Source: Octopus vulgaris (Eukaryota). From it: a stretch of DNA of 64,000 nt. Below the pieces are notes generated by a model. That model was not told the origin of the DNA. It saw only the letters and a list, made by a program, of their open reading frames with translations, and searched no databases. A program made the position numbers and the translations under genes. Location: assembly GCA_951406725.2 (NCBI GenBank), contig OX597839.1, positions 21,390,001 through 21,454,000 on the forward strand, in the 5' to 3' direction. Of this stretch, positions 53,110-64,000 are shown one piece after another (the first letter of the stretch is position 1; every line of letters begins with the position of its first letter).

Positions 53110-56100
53110 TTTTTTTTTTTCTAGTTTCAGCTCAGAGCTGCGGCCATGCTGATGCACCGCCGTTTTGTGCTACACTGTTATTACGACGAACCTCGTCTAA
53201 TATGTGGCACTTGGTGAAGAATGGAGTTTGATACAGCTACACTCATTTGCACCTCTTGCCGTGAGGTAGGTTTATCTGGGACTCTTGACAGGAAGGTGTC
53301 CAGCTTTGATTTAAAAACCGCTACATCTACTTTGTGCAAGTTCCTCAGACTCTTTGGGAGAATATTAAAAAGCTGTGGGCTCTTGAAACCCAGGTTGTTG
53401 CAGAAGCTGGTCCTGAAGCGTGATGGCATTGCTGGGATCTTTGGCACTATGCGGTGTCGTCCCGTTCTAGCATTTGTGTAGCTTACAATGCCAAAATTTG
53501 GCACAATTCCTTCCAAGATCTTCCAGACATATATCACTGCATACCTCTCCCGTCTTCTCTCCACAGGAGTAGAGTCTTAGCTGTTTCAACCTTTCCCAGT
53601 AGCTGAGCTGTTGCAAAGAGATCATCTTCTTTGTGAATCTTCTCTGGATTGGTTCAAGTTCCGCTATTAATTTTACACTGGTGGGTGACCATAGATGTGA
53701 GCAGTAATCCAGGCGAATGAGGACGAATGTCCGCCAGAGGACCATCATGGTTTCCTTATCTCTGGTTCTGAATGTTCTTAGGATCCATCCAGCCAGTCGT
53801 CTGCACTTTGTCGCCATCCTGGTAATGTGCACTTGGAAAGAGGTATCATCACTCATGTCGATACCCAGGTCCCTCACAGACTTAGGCTCTGGGATTGAAA
53901 TTCCCTGTGGACCGGTGTATCGTGTAAGTTTAATATTCAGTTTTGGATGCTGGTAGCGCAGGGCCTGGAATTTTTCAGCATTAAACTGCATATTATTATC
54001 CTCAGCCCATCTGTAGATTGAGTCCAACTCCTGCTGCAGGTGTGCAACATCGCTGGGGTTCTGTATTTTCTGCGAGACTTTCCTATCGTCTGTATAGCTT
54101 GCAAGAGTGGCTATCCGGGCATTTGAGGGCATATCTGAGAGGGCCACTATAAGAAGCAGTGGTCCCAAGACAGTGCCCTGTGGAACACCGCTCACTATTT
54201 GTGTGTTCATAGAGGTGGCTCCATTAACTACTACTGCCTGACTCCTATCTTTCAGGAAGTCATGCAACCACACTTCAAGTTTTCCAGCTATGCCGAGGTC
54301 ACGTAGTTTGTGGCATATCATACCATGATCCACCTTGTCAAAAGGTTTTGCAAAATCAAGGTAGATTACGTCCACATTTGATTTGTTGAGTAACTGCCTC
54401 AACACCCAGTCATAATGCTGTAAGAGCTGGGTCAGGCAGCTCCTACCTGGTCGAAAACCATGCTGGGTATTACTCAGCAAGTTATTTTCCTCAAGTAATG
54501 CGATTAGTTTCTTTCTGACTATCCTTTCCATGACTTTACTGATGTGTGAAGTCAGAGAGATAGGCCTATAGTTTTTGGCATCTGCTCTACTTCCCCCTTT
54601 ATGTATTGGGCATATTATTCCCTCCTTCAGCTTGCTTGGCAGTTTGCCATTCGCAAGAAAGCTCTGGAAGAGAATCTTGAGGGGTTTTGCCAGGGCATGC
54701 TTACACGCTTTGAGGAGGATGGCTGGGAAACCGTCTGGACCAGCAGCTGAGTTTGTGTCCACTTCATCTATGGCTAGTAGGACATCTTTTTCGCTAATGT
54801 CAATACATTCTATTGTAACCGCCTCGCTGGTTATAGGTGAGGCGGCAAAGAAGTCCACTGGTTCGTTCACTTGTCTGTGTTCCAACGGGGTGGTAAAGAC
54901 ACTTTTGAACTGGTCATTCAGCATCTCACTGATCATAGTTGGACTGTCTGTGAGGGAGCCATCCTTTTGGAGGAGGGGTCCTATCTTGTAGTGCACTGAG
55001 ACTGTTTCTTTCGCGTAATGAAAGAAGGCCTTTGGGTTTGATTTAATGTTTTTTATAACCCAGGCTTCTTTGTCTGCTTTCTCCTTCACATAGGATTGTT
55101 GCAGCCTTTTTTCGATCTCCATCAGTGTTGTTTTTAGGCGGGACGTTTCGCTACTTTTGGGATGTTGGTTGAGACGATTTGCAACCTTCGTCCGTCGTCT
55201 CATGAGGATCTTCCTGTCTCTTGGAATCTTGCGCCTATTTGTTTTGGCCTTGTGCTCTGGGACATATTTCTGGCATACGGCTTGCACAGAAGAGATGAAA
55301 CATTCTAGTTTCATTTCAATGTCTGGTGTGGAGAGACATTCCGGCCAGTTCTCTCTGAGGATCTCTTTTTGGATCGATTTCCAATCTGCTTTGTGGAAGT
55401 TCAGATTGGAGAGATTTCGGGTGCTTCCTTTAGGCTGTATGTCTCTGGTTACTTTCGGCCCAAACATAGACAGCTCTATTATGTTGTGATCCGAAACTGA
55501 TGTCGGTGTCACTTTCACATCATGAATGATGTCCATATTGTTCGTGAAGCAGAGATCCAGAATGTTATTCGCCCTAGTTGGCTTGAGTACAACTTGCTCC
55601 ATGAATAAGGCATTGGTGAGGTTGAGCAGGGACTCCACCTGTACTTGCTTTCAATGATTCATTCCTGAGAGTATGTGACCTTCGGGCCATTTGACGTTGG
55701 GGAAGTTGAAATCACCCATAAGAAATATGGTCACGTGGTGTTCCAGATTCATGAGGATTTCTTTAATTCTTGTGAGGCAATCTTCAAACTTGCCTATGTG
55801 ATTTGGGGCATCCGGTGGGCAATATGTATTGCATATGACTATATTATGTTGTCTTATGTATACAATTAAGGTGTCACATACCGAATTTGAGTATGTCATC
55901 AAGACCTGGGGTGTGAGGTCATCTCGGATGTATACAGCAACTCCACCATGGCTCCTTTCCCTTCTGTCTGTTCGCAGTATGGCATAGTTTGGTATGTGTA
56001 CTTCTGCGTCCTCTATATCAGGGTTGAGGTGAGTTTCCACAAGTGCTATGCATAGGGCTTGATTGCATGCAGTAAGATCTCTCAGGAAATAAATTTTGTT

Positions 56101-56320
56101 TCTATTTTGATGCAACAGGCCCCCAATATTTAGTAAAAGTATTGGGGTGACGGCTGTGCAGGCGTTAGGGGAGGCCATCCCGTGTCTGTTGACTGTGGTG
56201 GTCCTGCATGGTGGTGGGCAGGGTTCCTTCTCTGTGCTTGGTGTAGCCAGGTTAGCTGCCGGACAATTCTTTCCGCCATGCATAAAAAAGACTCTTGCTC
56301 AGCTGCTGCGTTGCGCAGAA
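53110..56320 (-). mobile_element. Near-complete ORF2 of a CR1-like LINE (APE endonuclease plus RT), two frameshifts
   Basis: Endonuclease motifs LVETHL, GGVAVYI, MGDFN, NILDL and SDHN; RT motifs NYRPISLTS, GVPQG and YTDD; ORFs 55651-56283, 53467-55638 and 53181-53564; A-rich tail. Confidence 0.95.
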
Positions 56321-56380
56321 CATATATATATATATATTTATATATACATATTTATATATATATATTTATATATACATATT

Positions 56381-56439
<59 letters not shown>

Positions 56440-56870
56440 TTACTAGCTGGTGTTCTATTGAAACGACTTATTACTCTGATATTTCCAGACATGAGTTCTA
56501 CTTACGTGTCAAGTAGAGTTAAAAAAAAAGTTATATTGCCTGCGTAAATTAGAAATTGGACACACAATTCAAAGCAATCGAACATAAACAATGAAATGGG
56601 TTATTTCCCTTGAATGTTAAAAAAATATTCTGCAGGTGGTATGGGTTATTGTCCCTACCAGGGGCCGTATTATCGATTTTTTTTCAACAATCTAAGTATG
56701 TCACATGGTTTCCAGACATGAGTTCTATATCCAAAATAGAAACACTAAATTTGACCTTTAAAGGTATTTTTTAATATGCTGGCCATTGATAGAATTTTCA
56801 CTTTACGAGAGTTTTTAGTTCGAATCGCACGTGTCTCAATATGGGCTGGAGTGTTTCTATTTTGGATATA

Positions 56871-57011
56871 TAAGGTTGTCTCAAAAGTTCGTAGAAAGTC
56901 TTGGAAAATAATGGTCTTTATTTTGAGGAATAATTTTGTTTGTTTTTGTTTGTACTTGGCGAGTAAAAATTCAATTATTGCAAGTGTTTACGAACTTTTG
57001 GGACAACCTAA
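56871..57011. mobile_element. Tc1/mariner-type MITE (same family as 9024-9164, opposite orientation)
   Basis: TIRs and TA flanks. Confidence 0.88.
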
Positions 57012-57097
57012 TATTTGGGGTACTTAATTGTGCTCGTGACTTAGTGCTCGCTTCTTCCATGGGTATAGGTAAGTATCTCACTTATTCCTTTTGCCGC

Positions 57098-57162
57098 TTT
57101 TATCACTGATGAAGGGAAGGTTCTTATGAACTAACTCTGAAATCGGGTCCGATATGGTAAAA
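57098..57162 (+). ncRNA. Type I hammerhead ribozyme
   Basis: Helix I TTTTATCA/TGGTAAAA, CTGATGA core, helix II AGGG..GTTC-TTAT-GAAC..CTCT, GAAA, helix III ATCGG/CCGAT, cleavage triplet ATA. Confidence 0.75.
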
Positions 57163-57381
57163 ACGAGATTTTTTAGAAATTTCTATTACCTTCTTCGAAA
57201 TACGCGCTTGTTAGTGATAAATTATATGGTTATTGACGTTATCTATTTTCGGCATATTTTGGCATTAGAAATTTGTTCTTTTGTCCTTACTTATAATTTG
57301 TTTATAAATTGAACCTTTAAAGGTATTTTTTAATATGCTGGCCATTGATAGAATTTTTTTCGAAAAATTTTATCCTACATT

Positions 57382-57605
<224 letters not shown>

Positions 57606-58011
57606 TGTATATGCATATATATACATGTATTTATATGTGTATGTGTATATTATATGTACACACACACAAACCTCAACAATACTAAAACAATGGGTTACGG
57701 ACTTCCCATGACGTTCCAGTGAAACAAAGTCCGATGACCAAACGCACAAACTCGCTGTCCTGCTATTCGACCGGCAGTTTTTCTAACGGTTTTCATGACT
57801 CTGTATTGATTAAACTTGCCAGCTCCGTCTGTTGGTGACCAGTAAAGCGTTAACTGGGAACTGCGATTTGGACACGTGCGCATGCGCCCGAGTACACACA
57901 CCGCGCACACAACAAGGATTGTTTATATGCATAGACGCATACATGTACATATGCACACGGAGAGAGAGGGAGAGAGAAGGGGATGGTACGCAAGAGAGAA
58001 TACATAAAATG

Positions 58012-58111
<100 letters not shown>

Positions 58112-58244
58112 CAGCTTTATAGGAGAAGAAGAAACGAAACGAAACGAAACGAATCGAATCGAATCGACACGAAGGCACTCAGTCATACAATAGTGTAATT
58201 AATAAAATATATGCATACATACAGACATATATGTACTTACCTAC

Positions 58245-58311
<67 letters not shown>

Positions 58312-58319
58312 GTATATAT

Positions 58320-58445
58320 GCCTTTCATCCTTTCGGGGTCGATTAAATAAGTACCAGTTACGCATTGGGGTCGATATAATCAACTTAATCTGTTTGTCTG
58401 TCCTTGTTTGTCCTTCCTGTGTTTAGCCCCTCGTGGGTAGTAAAG

Positions 58446-58450
<5 letters not shown>
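58320..58450 (+). mobile_element. 5'-truncated SINE A in (TA)n
   Basis: Core and tail only; nearly identical to 61909-62038. Confidence 0.85.
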
Positions 58451-58493
<43 letters not shown>

Positions 58494-58535
58494 CAAATAT
58501 AAAATATATATATATATGCGAGTAGTGCATATAAT

Positions 58536-61083
58536 TTACTTATTGATGTCATTACTTCATCTATTGAGGGCGAAGAGTCTAAGGAGCCAATGATAGGTCT
58601 TGGTTTCATAGTATCAATCACTGTTTCATCCACAACGGACTCATGGTTTAGGAGTTCAGAGAAGTGTTCGATCCAGCGACCTGTGATTTCTGTTGATTTA
58701 GTAAACATAGTGGAAGACTCCTTGGAAAACAAAGGAGCTGATGTGGAGCTCTTAGGTCCATAAGCTCGCTTCATAAGATGGTAAAGCTTCTTGCTGTCAT
58801 TTGCATCAGCAGCAGCCTGAACATCACGAGCAAGATCCTCCCACCAAGTGTTCTGCATCTTCCTGAGAGATCGCTGCAGTAGTGATTTTACACTGTTATA
58901 GTGGGCAAGTGCTAGATTTCGCTGCACAGCAGACAGTTCTCTGTGCAGCAACACACTGTGGGCATGGCACTTTACCACTAATAGTCCCTGAATTTCAGCA
59001 TCATTCTCATCAAACCAGTCTCTGTGTCTGGCAGTAACATACCCCAGTTTTTTGGCTGCACATTGAACAACCTGGTCTCGAAAATCTTCCCATGCTGCAG
59101 CAGTTTCAATGCTGGACAAGCGAGTCTGAAGCTCTTTCCTAACCACAACGTCATATACCTTGTGGACATTTAGACGGCGAGGAATGCTGACTGGTCCTCT
59201 TCTCACTTTCGCCCTAATCACCATTCGGAACTTTGCTCGCACCAGACCGTGGTCTGTCCAGCATTCTGATCTATGCAAGGACTTGACATTACAAATGTCA
59301 TAAATGTCGCGCTTGCGGATGATGACGTAATCCAGCGAGTGCCAAACTTTGGACCTTGGATGCATCCATGTTGTTGTGTGGTCACCTTTGTGCACAAAAT
59401 GAGTGCGTGCAAGGGCACCTGGAAAGGATGGAATCTGTGCTGAGGTCTTGCGATTTGGCGGTAATTACATCACACAGTCCCTTCATGAACTTATTAGTGC
59501 AGTCTGGAGGGATGGTGCAAACCCTAAGGACTGGAAGGATGCAATTATTATTCTTCTATATAAAGAAAAAGGAGCCAGAACAATGTGTGGTAACTACAGA
59601 GGTATTGCTCTATTATCAGCAGTTGCAAGGTTCTAGCAAATATTCTTCTTACCCGTCTGAATGGGTGTCTCGTAAATGATGTCCTATCTGAATCTCAATA
59701 TGGCTTCCGATCTGGTAGAGGGACAATGGATATGATTTTCACAGCAAGACAGATGCAGGAGAAAGTGCTATGAGCAGAATATGGATCTTGTCCAGGTATT
59801 CATTGATTTAACTAAGGCCTTTGATACTGTAAATAGGGCCTTTCTATGGAAAATACTTGGCAAACTTGGATGTCCGGATCACTTTGTATCTATAATTAAA
59901 TCATTTCATGATGGGATGGAGGCTTGGGTCAATGTTGGTGGTACCATGGCGGGACCCATTCCTGTAGAGAATGGTGTCAAGCAGGGTGACATCTTTGCCC
60001 CAACTCTCTTTCCTTTGTACTTTGCTGCTGCTTTTACTCATGCTTTAGCTAAGGTTAGCTCTCTGGGAATATATGTCAGATATCGATCTTCTGGCTGCCT
60101 CTTTAATCTTCGCCGATTTGCTGCCAATTCAAAGGTTTCCCAGTCTATTATTCGTGACCTCCTGTATGCAGATGACTGTTACTTAGTCACTCATACAGTG
60201 GATGACATGCAAATACCCATGAATTGCATTTCTGCTTCTTGCAGGGCATTTGGACTCAGCATTAGCCTAGACAAGACTGTTGTAATGTTCCAGCCTGCAC
60301 CAGGAAATCCATATATAGAACCAGCTATCTTGGTTGAAGGAGCAATTCTGAAGGTAGTAGACACGTTTGTCTACCTGGGCAGCACACTCAGCCGTTCTTG
60401 CTCCCTGGATGAGGAAATATCTTTCAGGTTGCAGAGAGCAACTAATTCCTTCCGGTCTCTTCAGTCTCGTGTCTGGTCGCAACATGGCATCGCAAGACGG
60501 ACAAAAAGTTGCTGTGTACCGTGCATGTGTACTGACATCGCTCCTCTACTCATGTGAGACATGGACTCTGTACAAACGTCAGGTAAGGGTCCTTCAACGC
60601 TTTCATCAATATTGGCTGGACCTCAAAAATTCCAGACACACAGGTCCTGAGGACAGCTGATATCTTGAGTATTGAGGCGATGGTGCACAAGCACCGTTTG
60701 CGTTGGACTGGACACATTCGAATGAAGGATAGCAGGATTCCTAAGCAGATGCTCTATGGAGAACTTGTGAATGAAAGGAGACTCCGGTAGAAACCAAGAC
60801 TGCGATTTAAGGACTGGGAGAACAATGCCTGTCATCGCCACAGACACTTTTGAGAGAGCACGTATCCAGCATGAAAAACTTAAGCGAGCTGCGCGAAGCG
60901 CACGGCTCGTATAGTGAATGGAGAAAGCTTGGTCTGCAATGTTTGCAGTCGTGTATGCTTGTCAGGAGCAGGGCTCATTAGCCACCAACGGACCCGCAAA
61001 TGTAAGATATAAGTTAGTCCTAGAGCGCACAATGTTCCTGAAGGTCGGCAAAGGTCTTCCTCGGTCACGAGTGGACGGCCATC
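58536..61083 (+). mobile_element. RTE LINE with inverted 5' segment (58536-~59396 minus; ~59397-61083 plus)
   Basis: Minus part: TWMHPRSKVWHSLDYVI..TDH..SIDEVMTSISK. Plus part: APGKDGICAE, NYRGIALLS, FIDLTKAFDTV, GVKQG, LLYADD. TSD AGTGCAT(A/G)TAAT at 58524-58535 and 61084-61095. Confidence 0.93.
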
Positions 61084-61119
61084 AGTGCATGTAATACATG
61101 AATATGCCTATCTAGATGA

Positions 61120-61150
<31 letters not shown>

Positions 61151-61890
61151 TATATATGTCTGCATAGGCATACATTGTATATATACACATTTACACACAC
61201 AAACACCCTTGCGTTTCTACATGCATATATGTGTGTATGTGTGTGTGTATATATATATACACGAGCAATTTTCCCCCCGTCCAATGAACGGTGCTGAGTT
61301 GTCAAACATTTAAACCAAATTTTCTCAAAACAAATTGTCCGACCGTCCCATAGGCCTCCCCTTTGAGAAACACTGATTTAACCTAAATTTGAGGCACCAG
61401 CAAAAGAAGAAATAAAGATAGACTTTTTTTCTATTCCAAAGGAAAACGATTTTATTCACACAAATATGCAACCGAAGAGTTTAAAGTACCAGTAATGATA
61501 AGGCTGTTGACTGGGAGAACACAAACATGGTTTAAACAGTAAGCCTGGCAGCAAAGAAACGTACCTTTAAGCAGTACAAAAACAACAAAAAATGGAAGGT
61601 GCAGTTATGACGGAAGAAAAGCAGGACAAAAACAATGCATGCAAATGGGTTAGCTGGAGGTAAATCTAGTTGGAAAATCGATCGTAGCAGCTGATATACT
61701 TGTGCGTACAAATGCACGTTCCCACGACTTTATCGATCACATTCTCACCTGGAATCGATTTTTGTAATTTTTTCAAGACTTATACACGCCCGGATACCGT
61801 TGGTATCTACATATCACATCTGAGCGCAATCGGATGGAGGATGCCCGAGATCCTAGAGGACACACACACAGACAGACAGAACGGATTTTT

Positions 61891-62038
61891 TCCGCCGAGG
61901 TCGACTTTGCCTTTTATCATTTCGGGATCGATTAAATAAGTACCAGTTACGCATTGGGGTCGATATAATCGACTTAATCTGTTTGTCTGTCCTTGTTTGT
62001 CCTTCCTGTGTTTAGCCCCTCGTGGGTAGTAAAGAAAT
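61891..62038 (+). mobile_element. 5'-truncated SINE A
   Basis: Core and tail. Confidence 0.85.
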
Positions 62039-62126
62039 ATATATATATATGTATGTATGCATATACGGACACACCAGCCAAGAGGGAAACTTTGACGTAA
62101 TACATAGAAATATGTAATACATAGAA

Positions 62127-62157
<31 letters not shown>

Positions 62158-62236
62158 TGTATGTATTTGTGTGTGTGCAGATATGCGTATATATACATTC
62201 ATATATAAGTTATATAATCACACATATGTATGTGTG

Positions 62237-62277
<41 letters not shown>

Positions 62278-62321
62278 CAATAATAAATCTCTGAACGAGA
62301 TATAAACAGTAACCGCTCGAC

Positions 62322-62458
62322 AACGTAAGGTGTACTAGCCATCTGAATGTGGCTAGCCACTGGGGGTGGGGTGTTACTGATCGCCTGGGGCTAAAAGCAT
62401 CAGTAACACCCCACCCCCAGTGGCTAGCCACATTCAGATAGCTAGTACACCTTACGTT
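62322..62458. repeat. 60-bp-arm inverted repeat with a 17-nt loop
   Basis: 62322-62381 versus 62399-62458, one mismatch. Confidence 0.93.
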
Positions 62459-62690
62459 ATATATACATATATATACATATTATATACACACACACGTATA
62501 TATTAATATGCTCATTAAATTCCGTGTTGACGTATATAAAACCTATCCACACACAGATACACATATAGTCACTACTGAGTCACTGGTTGAATACGCTCCA
62601 TGAGAAATGGACTCAAATACTCGAACAATAAAACCACCAATCGAGACAGGTTCTCGCCCACACGTCCGGACACAGAAACACGTCATTCTT

Positions 62691-62725
<35 letters not shown>

Positions 62726-63088
62726 TACATTTAAGATTTTATTCTATGAATTCAAAAGAATCAAAGTACATCAACTGGTGCGACGCCAGAAATGAGTAAG
62801 TGCGATAGGAGAGTTCACAGTGAAATAAAGAAACGTGGAATGGATCAAGTACTGGTGGGATCCCATAGACATATGCAAATATCAGTGAAATTTGAGCGGA
62901 GAACGTAGAGACGGACGAAATGCCGAAAAATCTGTGTGCTAAGGATTCTGCCAGCTCACTACGTAAATAACAACAACAACAGCAGCAACAACAACAACAA
63001 CAACAACAGTAGTAGTAGTGGTGGTGATGGTGGTGGTAGTAGTAGTAGTAGTAGTAATAAAAATAACAACAACAACAACAACAACAAC

Positions 63089-63130
<42 letters not shown>

Positions 63131-63131
<1 letters not shown>

Positions 63132-63302
63132 TTTTTTTTTAGACATTCATAAGTACAACACCAAAAACTCCTCCCCCACCCAAATATATGGCACACTAGG
63201 CATAACAACAACATGAACTTCCAACCTGTTGTCTCTTGAGGTCTCTGGGTGAGACTTGGAGCCAACTTGTACAAATATAAAGCAAAACTCAAACATAGAA
63301 TA
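63131..63302 (+). mobile_element. Dong-like 3' UTR copy in (TAA)n
   Basis: Matches 29343-29510. Confidence 0.8.
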
Positions 63303-63303
63303 C

Positions 63304-63353
<50 letters not shown>

Positions 63354-63354
<1 letters not shown>

Positions 63355-63859
63355 GATTGGAAGTATTATCATGTACATTGTTTTGTCTTGGTATAAAAGA
63401 TGGGCTACAGCAAATATTCTGCTCAATACCATAGATTTGCTTGTCAGTTGTTTGACCTTAACCAGTTGAGCATGTCCCTTAGTGGCTGACGATATGTGCA
63501 TCTCTGATCACGAGCAAAAGTAGTGGGGGAGCAACATAGCCATGTTTTGAGAGGGATTCTTTGGGGTTTGAATAATTCACCTCTGGAAACATGGGTGGTT
63601 CTTTCAACATCCTTAAACAACCCTTATTCAGGGACCTTTTGAGCGGGATGGGCTACTCAACCTGAAGAAAATTCTACATGGGCCCCACCTGCAAGGTCAT
63701 GTGCTGTTTATCTTGATATGAGATCACCATGTCGCGCACATATGGTTGTGATGCATGTGCCTAGTGTACCCTTATCAGATGGGTAGTCATGATGGGTATA
63801 TTGGGCTTCGTATATTTTACCCCAGTGTCACTTTGATGGCATGCACTGCTCTCTCACTC
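63354..63859 (+). mobile_element. ~500-bp apparently non-coding (TAA)n-inserted element
   Basis: (TAA)n on both sides; last ~118 bp match 29095-29212. Confidence 0.7.
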
Positions 63860-63883
63860 AATAATAATAATAATAATAATAAT

Positions 63884-64000
63884 ATTTTTTTTTTAGACAT
63901 TCATTAGTACAACACGAAAAACTCCCCCCACCAAATATATGGCATACTAGGCATGACAACATGAACTTCCAACCTGTTGTCTCTTGAGGTCTCTGGGTGA
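63884..64000 (+). mobile_element. Dong-like 3' UTR copy in (TAA)n, running off the window
   Basis: Matches 63131-63250. Confidence 0.8.

Overview
This is a repeat-saturated, AT-rich eukaryotic window with no host protein-coding exon that I can support. The SINE families and very high microsatellite load look like an octopus or other coleoid cephalopod genome; that assignment is recognition from memory, not a database search. It contains three main tRNA-derived SINE families (called A, B and C here) and decayed LINEs of the CR1-like, RTE and R4/Dong clades. It also has Tc1, mariner, rosa-like and Tigger DNA-transposon relics, hAT and Tc1-type MITEs, Helitron/Helentron pieces, a 2.3-kb purine minisatellite and many microsatellites. 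Most long ORFs in the track are repeat artefacts. The most notable signals are: (1) three well-formed and one degenerate minimal type I hammerhead ribozymes of unrelated sequence, in Penelope-like cassettes inside or beside (TA)n tracts; (2) an RTE retrotransposon with a twin-priming-style 5' inversion and a target-site duplication (TSD); (3) SINE and LINE 3' tails that share one motif and a covarying stem-loop; (4) several retroelement 3' ends stacked in the same orientation in (TAA)n tracts; (5) a Tc1 catalytic segment amplified into a 168-bp array next to a locally templated insertion.
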